A stretch of DNA of 64,000 nucleotides from Clostridiaceae bacterium (GCA_012523135.1 JAAYJD010000295.1:20366-84365); one strand, 5' to 3'; shown: positions 9,749 to 18,944, counted from the stretch's first letter. The notes: generated from the letters alone by a model not told the origin. A program made the numbers and translations.

Positions 9749-11500
9749 TCAGTAGGCACGCTTGATCTTCTTCGATGTTGTCTTCTCGAATTCCGTGTCG
9801 CGTAGAGTGAACTGGCGAATGTACTTGTATGTGGTCAGGGTGTGGTTGACTTTACGCACCTCTTCCCCGATCAGCTGGCGGACGGCGTCGCCGGCCAGCG
9901 GCACATCGCCGAGCGTTTCCTTGATCTTCTCTTCGTTCGGGAAGATCTCGGCCTTGACATATGTTTCGCCTTCTTCGTCCTCTGCACCCGACACCAGGCT
10001 TTCCTGGATATAATCGCTCTGGCTGAGCAAAAATTCGATTTCCTCGGGGAAGATGTTCTTGCCGTTCTTGGTTACAATGACATTTTTCTTGCGTCCGGTG
10101 ATGATCACGAAACCATCCTTGTCCAAGTACCCCAGGTCGCCCGTGTGGAAGAACCCGTCCGCATCCATGACCTCCTGCGTCGCCTCATCGTTCTCGTAGT
10201 AGCCGAGCATGACATTCGGCCCCTTGCCGATGATCTCGCCGATGCCGTTCTCGTCCTTGTCGACGACCCGGATCTCGACGCCCGGCAAGGCCAGGCCGGC
10301 AGCCCGGTCGTTGTACCAGACGTCCCGGTTCAGGGCCAGGATCGGCGCGCATTCTGTCAGGCCATAGCCCTGGATGCTGAAGATCCCCAGGTCGCGCATC
10401 CCCTTGAGCACGGCTGGGTCGATGGCGGCTCCGCCGGCAATCAGGAGGCGCAGGTGGCCACCGAAGGTATCGTGGATCCGCTTGAAAAGCGTCTTGCGCT
10501 TGTCGACGCCGATCTTGCGCAGGCCGTTGCTCAATTTCAGGCCGATTCTGAACTTTTTGGCCAGCTTCGGATCGGCGGTGGCGGATTTGAGGATGCGCTT
10601 GTAGAACAGCTCGACCATCAGGGGAACGGCCAGCATGACGGTGACCTGAGATTCCTGCATGTTGCGGGTGATGTGGCGCAGGCCTTCGCAGACCGCCACG
10701 GTCGCGCCGCGGTAGATCGGGCACAAAAAGCCGCAGGTGCACTCGTAGGTGTGGTGCAGGGGCAGGACGGACAGGAAGACATCGTCCGGGACGATGTCAA
10801 CCATCTGGCACATGGCCATCAGGTTGATGCAGATGTTGCTGTGCGACAGCATGACGGCCTTGGATTTGGCAGTCGTTCCGGAGGTGAACAGCAAAATACT
10901 CAGTACGGACGGGTCGATCGGAGCTTCCAGGAACCGCTTGTCGCCGCCTTGGAGCGCTGTCTGGCCCTCATCCAGCCAATCCCAGAACGAATGGTCCTGG
11001 CCGCCGGCCTCTTCCGGATCCATCGAGACAAAATAACGCACGGACGGAACCTGGTCCCGGATCGCATCCACTTCTTTCCGCTTGCTCGGAGCGTAGACCA
11101 GGATATCCGCGTGTGACCGGTTGAGCAGGCTGGCGATTTCCGCCGTCGGCAGTTCCTTGTCCAACGGGACCACAATGCCGACTCCGTTGACGGTCGCCAT
11201 GTACGTGACATACCACTCGTAGCGCGTCTCAGCCAGGATGGCCACCCGGGCGGATTCCAGCGGCAGACTGCTAAGGTACGTACCCAGCGTGTCGACATCC
11301 TGGCCGAATTGCCGGTAGGTGACCGGCAGATACGGCTGATTCTTGTCCGTCGGCGCACCTGCCAAGGCAGCGTCGCGCTTCAGCACATGCGGATCCTTGA
11401 TCAGAAAAGCTGTCGTATCGCCGTAATGCTTGACACTTTGCCTGAGCATATCGCGCAAATCCCGAATTGTTCTGACATCGTACAGGGGTATGTTTTTCAT
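9749..11500 (-). CDS. AMP-dependent acyl-CoA synthetase (long-chain-fatty-acid--CoA ligase-like)
   Basis: 583 aa. AMP-binding motif LFTSGTTAKSKAVMLSH, YGLTEC, TGDLGYLDKDGF. Confidence 0.9.
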   Translation of the reverse strand: MKNIPLYDVRTIRDLRDMLRQSVKHYGDTTAFLIKDPHVLKRDAALAGAPTDKNQPYLPVTYRQFGQDVDTLGTYLSSLPLESARVAILAETRYEWYVTYMATVNGVGIVVPLDKELPTAEIASLLNRSHADILVYAPSKRKEVDAIRDQVPSVRYFVSMDPEEAGGQDHSFWDWLDEGQTALQGGDKRFLEAPIDPSVLSILLFTSGTTAKSKAVMLSHSNICINLMAMCQMVDIVPDDVFLSVLPLHHTYECTCGFLCPIYRGATVAVCEGLRHITRNMQESQVTVMLAVPLMVELFYKRILKSATADPKLAKKFRIGLKLSNGLRKIGVDKRKTLFKRIHDTFGGHLRLLIAGGAAIDPAVLKGMRDLGIFSIQGYGLTECAPILALNRDVWYNDRAAGLALPGVEIRVVDKDENGIGEIIGKGPNVMLGYYENDEATQEVMDADGFFHTGDLGYLDKDGFVIITGRKKNVIVTKNGKNIFPEEIEFLLSQSDYIQESLVSGAEDEEGETYVKAEIFPNEEKIKETLGDVPLAGDAVRQLIGEEVRKVNHTLTTYKYIRQFTLRDTEFEKTTSKKIKRAY

Positions 11501-11604
11501 CGCTGACTACCTCGTCCTCTTCAGTTTCGGTTTGTCTCTTGTTCCGGCATCATCCTGTTGATCAGGTGATATGGTATTATTATACCGGATTTGGTTCCTG
11601 AATA

Positions 11605-11623
11605 AAACGTGCCGTTCACGTTT
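11605..11623. promoter_or_regulatory. inverted repeat AAACGTG-N5-CACGTTT upstream of the metzincin-like gene
   Basis: 7-bp perfect arms, 30 nt upstream of the ATG at 11653. Operator or small hairpin. The statistical weight is low. Confidence 0.3.
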
Positions 11624-11652
11624 CACCCGGAGCAAGCGCTGAAAGGACCCGT

Positions 11653-12372
11653 ATGCAAGCCATTCCCACGAATTTCGTCTATCGCCGGCCTAACCGCACC
11701 CCGATCCAGCTGTCCTGGGTCGGCACGACCCTGATGGTGGATTGCTGCCTGCGCTTCAACCGGCGCGCCCTGGCCAGCGGCCCGGCGGACAGTCCGGAGC
11801 AAACTTATGCCGGACTGATCCTGGCGGGCATCGAGCAGGCCTGGAACGGAACCTACGATCTTGGCACGGCAGGCATGCCGGAGCCGGTGACCGTGGCGGT
11901 CCGTTTTCAGCCGGACACCGTCCGCAAAGCGGCCGCGGTGCGGGTGCACCGGCTGCTCGTGATGCCGGCCCATGTGATCAGTCCGCTCTACCGCCGTATC
12001 TGGGGCATCTTGCGTACCGGTCAGCTGGAAAGCATGGGACTCAACTGGACGCCGCGTAACCCGGGGGCCATTGTCATGCCGCCTTACGAACAGGCCAGGC
12101 TCGTCCGGGACGTGGCGGCACACGAATTCGGCCATCTCCTCGGGATCGGCGACGCGTACGGCGCGCTCTACCGCTTCTACAGCGCCGCACCGGGAACGGG
12201 CCGCTACATGATGCACAGCAACGGCCAGGTCCAGCCCGAGGAAATCCGCATGCTGATCCAGGCGCATCGGCGCGGCCGGATGCAGTTTTTTCCCAGGCGC
12301 TGGCAGGCCCGGGTCTTCTGGGAAGGCCTGCGGCGCGAATTTCGTCAGCTCATCAAACGGTGCAGGCAATAG
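11653..12372 (+). CDS. small metzincin-like zinc peptidase candidate (HExxHxxGxxD)
   Basis: 239 aa. HEFGHLLGIGD zinc-binding signature followed by RYMMH (possible Met-turn). No signal peptide. AAAGGA SD. The competing 271-aa - strand ORF is Arg/Gly/His/Pro-rich and was rejected. Confidence 0.6.
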   Translation: MQAIPTNFVYRRPNRTPIQLSWVGTTLMVDCCLRFNRRALASGPADSPEQTYAGLILAGIEQAWNGTYDLGTAGMPEPVTVAVRFQPDTVRKAAAVRVHRLLVMPAHVISPLYRRIWGILRTGQLESMGLNWTPRNPGAIVMPPYEQARLVRDVAAHEFGHLLGIGDAYGALYRFYSAAPGTGRYMMHSNGQVQPEEIRMLIQAHRRGRMQFFPRRWQARVFWEGLRREFRQLIKRCRQ

Positions 12373-12445
12373 AAAGAGCCCCGGGCCGAAGCTGCTGCAT
12401 CGCGTCCCGGGGCCAGATCCAAGCAGGATATCAGTCACGATCGCA

Positions 12446-13699
12446 TTAAGCTTCCGGTTTCTCCATCAAGCCGATAAACACCGGCAGCCCGCTGCGCGCA
12501 TCGGCGATGCCGAACAGGAACGGCCGGTCGAATCGCAGGATTTTGTCGTAAACCGGCAGGCTAGTCAGCTGCATCTCAACCGAGGTCACAGCCGCTGCTT
12601 CGGACCCTTTTTCATCTACCCGGAAATAGGTCTTGTGCTTGACTTCGCTGATCATCAGGTCCGTGCTGCCGTCGCTGCGCATGCGGGAAAAGTCCGCGCC
12701 CCCCGTAAAGGCCACCGCCATGCCCAGTTGGCTGAGCGCGTCGACCAGGCTAATCTCGTAATCGAGCTCGAACTTGGGCAGGGACAAGTCGACCAGTGCG
12801 CTGTGGCGGCTGTTCAGCCAGGCCGCCAGCGTCTGACCGTCCAGGCCGGCAGCCCAGCTGCGGGCCGCTTCTTCCGAGTCGGGCAGGATGGCGAAGAATG
12901 CGTAGGACGGGTCGGTGTAGGGCAGCCAGACGCCTTTGACGCCCTCACCCTCGATCAGGTCCATTTGGCCGAGCCGGTTCATGAAAGCGGCATCGGCAGG
13001 GCCATCGGGCGACTGGAAGGGTCCGTCATAGGTTTTTGCCGCCTCAAACGGATTTTGCCAGTCCGACTTGAAATAGATGGCGTTGATCAGGTACATCATC
13101 ACGTCCGGTTCGATCTGCTCGACGATCTTGTCGATCTTGGCGCGCGTCGCCTTGCTGACCCAGTCGTTGATCGTGTCCGGTGCGGTCGGCAAGCTGAAAT
13201 CGAGCGCCGTGGCCGATGCGCGGAAAAAATCGGCGTTGCGCTGCAGGAACGCCGGCGCGACCGGGTAGCCTTCCCGCAGCCAGATGGAATTGGCGATGAA
13301 CAGTTCCGTCTTGTCGCCAGTATCCTCCAGTAGGGCGATCCAGTCGCGGCTGGCCTGGTTGATCTGCGCTTCTTCCAGTCCGGCCGAAGACAAGGCGGCC
13401 CGCATCGCCTCAAGCGTCTCGCCGGAAGCACCGTTGAGCGTCATGGCCAGCGCGAAATAGACCGACGCCGGAGAAATGAGGACATTGCCCGGTCTGTCGA
13501 GCGTCTCGGCCAGCAGTTTGAGGGAAAAGTCGGCGACAGCGTCGCGGTACGGCTGGGGCGGGGGTTCCGGGTTGAGCGGCCGTTCGCCCGCCTGGACCTG
13601 GGCCATCAGGTCATGGGCTGCCGGAGCTGCACAGGCCGCCGTCACGAGCAGGACGGACGACAGGATGCTGAGCAGGGCCATCAATCGGTTTTTAAACAT
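12446..13699 (-). CDS. serpin family protease inhibitor, secreted (possible lipoprotein)
   Basis: 417 aa from the ATG at 13699 (GGAGG SD 9 nt upstream). Signal peptide MFKNRLMALLSILSSVLLVTAAC. Serpin hinge EKGSEAAAVTS and C-terminal FDRPFLFGI..GLPVFIGLM. Confidence 0.88.
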   Translation of the reverse strand: MFKNRLMALLSILSSVLLVTAACAAPAAHDLMAQVQAGERPLNPEPPPQPYRDAVADFSLKLLAETLDRPGNVLISPASVYFALAMTLNGASGETLEAMRAALSSAGLEEAQINQASRDWIALLEDTGDKTELFIANSIWLREGYPVAPAFLQRNADFFRASATALDFSLPTAPDTINDWVSKATRAKIDKIVEQIEPDVMMYLINAIYFKSDWQNPFEAAKTYDGPFQSPDGPADAAFMNRLGQMDLIEGEGVKGVWLPYTDPSYAFFAILPDSEEAARSWAAGLDGQTLAAWLNSRHSALVDLSLPKFELDYEISLVDALSQLGMAVAFTGGADFSRMRSDGSTDLMISEVKHKTYFRVDEKGSEAAAVTSVEMQLTSLPVYDKILRFDRPFLFGIADARSGLPVFIGLMEKPEA

Positions 13700-13796
13700 A
13701 TTCACGCACCTCCTGGTGTTCGAGCACATGCGGATATCCGTGTTGTTTTGACGCGCCCCGAGCTGAAAATGTTCCCGCAGTGCCGGTCAGGACACG

Positions 13797-13825
13797 TTGC
13801 AGGACACCCATGACTGGTGTATCAT
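13797..13825 (+). promoter_or_regulatory. sigma70-type promoter for the pseudopilin gene
   Basis: TTGCAG -35, 17-nt spacer, TATCAT -10, about 35 nt upstream of the GGAGG SD. Confidence 0.45.
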
Positions 13826-13860
13826 GATTTAGGTTATATTATGACAACGGAGGTGCCACG

Positions 13861-14280
13861 ATGCAGACACACACACCTCAAACGCGCCGCCGCAACGGCT
13901 TTACCCTGATCGAACTGGTTGTGGTTATCGCGATTTTGGGCATCCTGGCCGGCATCCTGATCCCGACCGCCGGGAGCCTGATCCGCAAGGCCAACGAACA
14001 GGCCGATATCTCGCATGCCCGGCTGCTCCTGGTCGCGACGACCATCGCCTTCGGCTCGGACAAGCTGGGCAACGGCAGCTACACCGCCATCGAAGCGGGC
14101 GCAGCTCCCCTGCCCTATCGCGAACTGCTGGGAGCCGCCTGGCCGCGCTCGCGCGTCGGCGGTGATTATTTCACCGTAAACGTCGACTTCACCTTGGGTC
14201 CCGACGACGCCATCCAGATCACGCGGATTGTGGACAGTGCGGTGCAAGTCTACCAACCCGGAGAGGCCAAATTCCAGTAA
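13861..14280 (+). CDS. prepilin-type N-terminal cleavage/methylation domain protein (type IV pilin / pseudopilin)
   Basis: 139 aa. Canonical RRNG|FTLIELVVVIAILGILAGILIP class III signal. Confidence 0.88.
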   Translation: MQTHTPQTRRRNGFTLIELVVVIAILGILAGILIPTAGSLIRKANEQADISHARLLLVATTIAFGSDKLGNGSYTAIEAGAAPLPYRELLGAAWPRSRVGGDYFTVNVDFTLGPDDAIQITRIVDSAVQVYQPGEAKFQ

Positions 14281-14320
14281 CACGATTACCTGGCCTTCCC
14301 TGCCAGGCATGGAACGCCGG

Positions 14321-14349
14321 TTGACAGCCAGCGTGTCGCGTGGCATTAT
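14321..14349 (+). promoter_or_regulatory. sigma70-type promoter for the amino-acid ABC operon
   Basis: Consensus TTGACA, 17-nt spacer, CATTAT. Followed by a TTTCGTT..AACGAAA leader hairpin. Confidence 0.55.
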
Positions 14350-14405
14350 TTCGTTAGCGTGCTAGCAAACGAAAGCGCGTTAGAAACACGGAGGAACACG
14401 ACAGC

Positions 14406-15215
14406 ATGAAAAGAGGACTCGTTATAATCCTGATCACCCTGATGGTCTTGTCCCTGGTCTCCTGTGCCGCGGACAACAAAGGTGAGCCAACCGAGCAGTT
14501 CACGCTCAAAGTCGGCTTTGACGCCGAATACCCGCCTTTCGGCTACATCGACGACGCCGGCGCATACGACGGATTTGACCTGGCACTGGCCGAAGAAGCC
14601 TGCGAACGGCTGGGCTGGAAAATGGAAAAAGTCGCCATCGCCTGGGACTCCAAGGACGCCGAGCTGCAATCCGCCAACATCAACTGCATCTGGAACGGCT
14701 TCACGATCAACGGGCGTGAGGATGACTACACCTGGACCGTCGGCTATTACGACAACTCGATCGTCATGGTCGTGCGCGCCGACAGCGGCATCAAGACGCT
14801 CGCCGACCTGACCGGCAAGACCGTCATCACCCAGGCCGGATCGTCGGCCCTGACCGCCCTGGAAGGCGACAGCAAGGACCTGACCGCGACATTCGCCAAA
14901 CTGCTGGAAACCGCCGACTACAACAGCGCCTACATGGAGCTTGACGCCGGAGCGGTCGACGCCATCGCGGTTGATGTCGGTGTGGCCAACTACTACATGG
15001 CCAGCAAGTCCGGCAGCTACGACATCCTCGACGAAGTAATCGCGTCCGAGCAGTACGGCATCGGCTTTTTGAAGGGCGACACCGAGACGATGTACGCCGT
15101 CCAGGGCGCCCTGCTGGAAATGGCGGCAGACGGCACCATGGATGCGATCGCCGCCAACTACACCGGGATGGGCCTGGTCGTAGAAAGCCTGGTCTACCCC
15201 AAGGCATTTGACTGA
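14406..15215 (+). CDS. amino acid ABC transporter substrate-binding lipoprotein
   Basis: 269 aa. Lipobox LSLVSC. Family 3 SBP-like motifs (GFDAEYPPFGY, GFDLALAEE, WDSKDAEL). Confidence 0.9.
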   Translation: MKRGLVIILITLMVLSLVSCAADNKGEPTEQFTLKVGFDAEYPPFGYIDDAGAYDGFDLALAEEACERLGWKMEKVAIAWDSKDAELQSANINCIWNGFTINGREDDYTWTVGYYDNSIVMVVRADSGIKTLADLTGKTVITQAGSSALTALEGDSKDLTATFAKLLETADYNSAYMELDAGAVDAIAVDVGVANYYMASKSGSYDILDEVIASEQYGIGFLKGDTETMYAVQGALLEMAADGTMDAIAANYTGMGLVVESLVYPKAFD

Positions 15216-15237
15216 TTGCCAACCTGCGGACCGCTGC

Positions 15238-15270
15238 AAAGGGCGGGCTTTGGCCCGCCCTTTGATTGTT
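15238..15270 (+). terminator. intra-operon rho-independent terminator/attenuator after the SBP gene
   Basis: AAAGGGCGGGC-TTTG-GCCCGCCCTTT, an 11-bp perfect stem followed by TTTGATTGTT. Confidence 0.6.
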
Positions 15271-15287
15271 AAGCAAGAGGTGTCCGG

Positions 15288-16001
15288 ATGAGCCTGGAAA
15301 CGATCATCATCCAGCTGGCCATCGGCCTGCTGAAATCCATCGCGATCTTCGCCCTGACGCTACTGGGCTCCCTGCCGCTGGGCCTGCTCGTGGCCTTTGG
15401 CCGCATGTCCAAATGGGCGCCCCTGAAAAGGCTCACCCTTACGGGCAACGGGCGCTTCAAGCAAAGCCTGGCGGGGATCCGGCCGCTGCAGATACTCGTC
15501 AAGCTGTACATCTCCCTGATGCGCGGCACGCCCCTGATGCTGCAGCTGATGGTCGTTTATTTTGGGCCGTATTACCTTTTCAAGATCCCGATCGGGCAAA
15601 ACTACCGGTTTACCGCCGTGGTCATCGGCTTCGTGCTCAACTACGCCGCCTATTTCGCGGAAATCTACCGTTCCGGCATCGAGTCGATGCCGGTCGGCCA
15701 ATACGAGGCCGCCGCCGTACTCGGCTATTCCCGCCCGCAGACTTTTTTCAAAATCATCCTGCCGCAAGTGATCAAGCGCATCCTGCCCTCCATCACCAAC
15801 GAGGTGATCACGCTGGTCAAGGACACCTCGCTGGCCTTCGCCATCTCCTACTCCGAGATGTTTACCATGGCCCGCAAGATCTCCTCTTCCCAGTCGACCC
15901 TGGTGCCCTTCGTCGTGGCCGGCATCTTCTACTATCTGTTTAACCTGATCATGGCCTATGTGATGGAACGGGCCGAGAAGAGCCTGAGTTACTTCAGGTA
16001 A
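15288..16001 (+). CDS. amino acid ABC transporter permease
   Basis: 237 aa. His/Glu/Gln/Arg-type permease with an EAA-loop-like YEAAAVLGYSRPQTFFKIILPQ. Confidence 0.9.
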   Translation: MSLETIIIQLAIGLLKSIAIFALTLLGSLPLGLLVAFGRMSKWAPLKRLTLTGNGRFKQSLAGIRPLQILVKLYISLMRGTPLMLQLMVVYFGPYYLFKIPIGQNYRFTAVVIGFVLNYAAYFAEIYRSGIESMPVGQYEAAAVLGYSRPQTFFKIILPQVIKRILPSITNEVITLVKDTSLAFAISYSEMFTMARKISSSQSTLVPFVVAGIFYYLFNLIMAYVMERAEKSLSYFR

Positions 16002-16027
16002 AGCTTAGGACGCGTCCGAGGTGTCAG

Positions 16028-16798
16028 ATGAACGTATTGGAACTATGCAACATCCGTAAAAGTTTCGGCAGCCTGGCGGTGCTGCGCGGCATCACCGTCA
16101 CCGTCGGCAAAGGTGAGGTCGTCGCGGTCATCGGGCCTTCCGGTTCCGGTAAATCGACCTTGCTGCGCTGTGCCACCCTGCTGGAAACGGTCGATTCCGG
16201 CGAGATCAACTACCTGGGTGACTACGTCGTCCGGACCGGGCCGGATGGCCAGGCCCAGTACAGCCCGCCTGCCGATCTGAAACGCATCCGCCGCTATTTC
16301 GGACTCGTCTTCCAGAACTTCAACCTCTTTCCCCATTATTCCGTGATTAAGAACGTCACCGATCCCCTGATCCATGTGCATAAGCGCGGTAAAGAAGAGG
16401 CCTATGCACAAGCGCAGGCCCTGCTCGCCAAAATGGGGCTGGAGGACAAGGCGGACAGCTACCCGTACCAGCTTTCCGGCGGCCAGCAGCAGCGGGTCTC
16501 GATCGTGCGCGCCCTGGCCATGAAGCCTGAGGTCCTCTTTTTCGACGAACCGACCTCGGCACTGGATCCGGAACTGACCGGTGAAGTGCTCAAGGTGATC
16601 CGCAGTCTGACCGATGAACACATGACAATGGTCATCGTGACCCATGAAATGCAGTTTGCCCAGCACGTCGCCGACAAGGTCTACTTCATGGACGAGGGCC
16701 TCGTGGTCGAGCAGGGAACGCCGGACGAGGTGTTCGGCCGGCCTCAGGAGGAGCGCACCCGGCGATTTTTAGAGCGCTACTCCCCGTCCGCGCCATGA
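16028..16798 (+). CDS. amino acid ABC transporter ATP-binding protein
   Basis: 256 aa. Walker A GPSGSGKST, signature LSGGQQQR, Walker B VLFFDEPTS. Confidence 0.93.
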   Translation: MNVLELCNIRKSFGSLAVLRGITVTVGKGEVVAVIGPSGSGKSTLLRCATLLETVDSGEINYLGDYVVRTGPDGQAQYSPPADLKRIRRYFGLVFQNFNLFPHYSVIKNVTDPLIHVHKRGKEEAYAQAQALLAKMGLEDKADSYPYQLSGGQQQRVSIVRALAMKPEVLFFDEPTSALDPELTGEVLKVIRSLTDEHMTMVIVTHEMQFAQHVADKVYFMDEGLVVEQGTPDEVFGRPQEERTRRFLERYSPSAP

Positions 16799-17598
16799 CG
16801 CTGCGCGTGGTCCGCGCCGACCCGGCCGGCAACATCACACTGCTGGTGCTCGATCCGGTCGCGGAGGCGGACCGTGCGGCCGTTGCCCGCCAGCTGCTGG
16901 CCATTCCGGATCTGGCCGCGGAACAAGTTGGGTTCATCCTGCCACCGAGCGAGGGCGGCGTCCTGCGCCTGGCCATGATGGGCGGCGAATTCTGCGGCAA
17001 CGCCCTGCGCAGTGCCGGCGCCTGGTTCGCCCGGCAGGCCGGCCTGGACGCTGAAACGTCTTTTCATCTTGAAATCAGCGGCTGCAGCGGCCTCCACCAG
17101 GTCATAACCGAACTGGCGCATGGGACGGCCTGGGCTGAAATGCCGCTGCCCGAGCGGATCGAGGAGACTTTTTCCAGTCCTGCAACAGCGGACTGCCCAC
17201 AGGCGGTCGTCGTCTGTTTTCCCGGCATCGCGCACGCCCTGCTGCCCGGCTGCGTGCCGGACATGCTGCCAGCCAAACGCATCACGAGCTGGTTGTGCCG
17301 CCAGTTCCAAACACCTGCCGCCGGCGCCCTTTACCTGGATGTGCTGCTGCGGAAGATGCAGCCGGCGGTCTATGTGCGCGCCACCGACACGCTCGTCTTT
17401 GAGCGCAGCTGCGCTTCAGGCAGTGCCGCGGTTGCCGCCTGGCTGAGCCGGTCGCGGCCGGACGACCTGTGCACCTACGACATCTGCCAGCCGGGCGGCA
17501 CCATTTCGGCCCAGGTCCGGCGCCGGAACGGCAGCATCGTGACGCTGTCAGTCGGCGGTCCTGTCGCGCTGGGGCCGGTCCAGACGCTCTCGTTGTGA
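16795..17598 (+). CDS. diaminopimelate-epimerase-fold (DapF-like) two-cysteine epimerase/racemase
   Basis: 267 aa. Two Cys motifs at DapF-like positions (GGEFCGNALRS and ERSCASGSAAVA). The ATG overlaps the ABC ATPase stop (ATGA). Confidence 0.7.
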   Translation: MTLRVVRADPAGNITLLVLDPVAEADRAAVARQLLAIPDLAAEQVGFILPPSEGGVLRLAMMGGEFCGNALRSAGAWFARQAGLDAETSFHLEISGCSGLHQVITELAHGTAWAEMPLPERIEETFSSPATADCPQAVVVCFPGIAHALLPGCVPDMLPAKRITSWLCRQFQTPAAGALYLDVLLRKMQPAVYVRATDTLVFERSCASGSAAVAAWLSRSRPDDLCTYDICQPGGTISAQVRRRNGSIVTLSVGGPVALGPVQTLSL

Positions 17599-17604
17599 AA
17601 AAAT

Positions 17605-18369
17605 CTAGGTGACCGCAGCGCGGTAGCGGCCGCTGTACGGGTGGTCAGGTTCGGCGGGCGCCAGCTGTTCCAGCTCACCGGCTGCGACCATCACCTGCAT
17701 GCGCAGGTACAGCCAGCCGTCGCCGACACCGGGCAAAGCAAGCAAAGCTCTGCCGATCAGCTGGGCTGCGTGAAACGCCCGATCGGGCATCACGCGGCGC
17801 AGCACAAAATCGTAAAAGTTTTCGGGCACGCTCAGCACGCGCCCGTTGACCACGGCGCGCAGCGGCGCGTTTTCCCCGACCAGCGTCTGCCACTCCCGGG
17901 CACCTGCTTCGATGGTTTCGCAGGACACGTGCTGCGCCAGCAGGATCAGGCTGGCAAATTGCTCCGGAACGATTTCACCGGTGCTGTGCAACGGTTCGGG
18001 CACAAAAACGGCCAGGAGCGGCACACGGCTCGCGCCAAGCAAATGGCAAACAAACAGGAACCCGCACCATTCCGCCGGATCGCTCCGGCTGACCCAGATC
18101 CGAACCGGTTCCCTTCTGCCCTGGCACTGGCGCAGGTGCGCCAGCGACCGGCGATTGGCCGCCGCCAGGGCGGTCACGACACCGTCCGCATCGGGAAAAT
18201 GCTGAAAAAGGCGGCGCAGCACCGATATACGGTCAAGCACCGGCTCGTCCAGACGGCCGATATCCAGCGCCAGCGTCAGCGGGCAAATCGTCCCCAGCCG
18301 GTTTCCCAGCACACCCTTGGCCGCCTTTAAGGCGCCGGCCGGGCTGTCCCCGAACAGCACATCGATCAT
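17605..18369 (-). CDS. DUF1835-type uncharacterised protein
   Basis: 254 aa. The N-terminal IDVLFGDSPAGALK matches the DUF1835 start as I recall it. GGAAGGAAAAG SD. Confidence 0.7.
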   Translation of the reverse strand: MIDVLFGDSPAGALKAAKGVLGNRLGTICPLTLALDIGRLDEPVLDRISVLRRLFQHFPDADGVVTALAAANRRSLAHLRQCQGRREPVRIWVSRSDPAEWCGFLFVCHLLGASRVPLLAVFVPEPLHSTGEIVPEQFASLILLAQHVSCETIEAGAREWQTLVGENAPLRAVVNGRVLSVPENFYDFVLRRVMPDRAFHAAQLIGRALLALPGVGDGWLYLRMQVMVAAGELEQLAPAEPDHPYSGRYRAAVT

Positions 18370-18404
18370 GGGCTTTTCCTTCCTGTCCGCGCCGCCCGAT
18401 CCGG

Positions 18405-18944
18405 TCAGCCCGGTTTACAGACATCGACCCAGCCAGCTGACCGGGCATGCTGCTGGAGTTCCGGCAGGCTCAGTTCGATGGCGCTGCTCGAGCTGCCGCA
18501 GGCGGGAAAGACCGTCGCAAAGCGCTGCAGCGAGACATCCAGATAGACCGAAGCGCCGGCCGAGACGGCAAACGGGCAGACGCCACCCGCCGGATGGCCG
18601 GTACGCGTTTCGGTCTCGTCACGTGCCAGCATCCTGGGCTTGATGGCAAACTGCTCCTTGAATTTCCGGTTGTCGACCCGGACATCCCCGGCTGCAACGA
18701 CCAGGAGCACGCGGTCACCCGCGTCGAAGGCCAAGGTCTTGGCGATGCGGCTCGGTTCACAGCCCAGAGCGCGCGCCGCCAGCGCGACGGTTGCGATCGA
18801 GTCGGAACAGGTGATGATCCGCTCTTCCATGCCCTGGTTTAGAAAATAGTCTCTGACACGTTCAGCTGACACGATCCAAACATCCTCCGTCCAGTAAATG
18901 ATACGTTCCATCTTGCCACAAACAGCTGTCCTTGTCATGCTCAC
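18405..18944 (-). CDS. YbaK/EbsC-type aminoacyl-tRNA deacylase domain protein
   Basis: Core SIATVALAARALGCEPSRIAKTLAF and GGVCPF. The start is uncertain: GTG 18944, ATG 18938 or 18911, or GTG 18872 downstream of a GGAGG. Confidence 0.72.
   Translation of the reverse strand: MSMTRTAVCGKMERIIYWTEDVWIVSAERVRDYFLNQGMEERIITCSDSIATVALAARALGCEPSRIAKTLAFDAGDRVLLVVAAGDVRVDNRKFKEQFAIKPRMLARDETETRTGHPAGGVCPFAVSAGASVYLDVSLQRFATVFPACGSSSSAIELSLPELQQHARSAGWVDVCKPG

Noticed and set aside
11623-12438. 271-aa - strand ORF competing with the metzincin-like gene
   Set aside because: Arg/His/Gly/Pro-rich composition, no SD and no motif. The + strand frame has an HExxHxxGxxD signature and an SD. Residual uncertainty is reflected in the 0.6 confidence.
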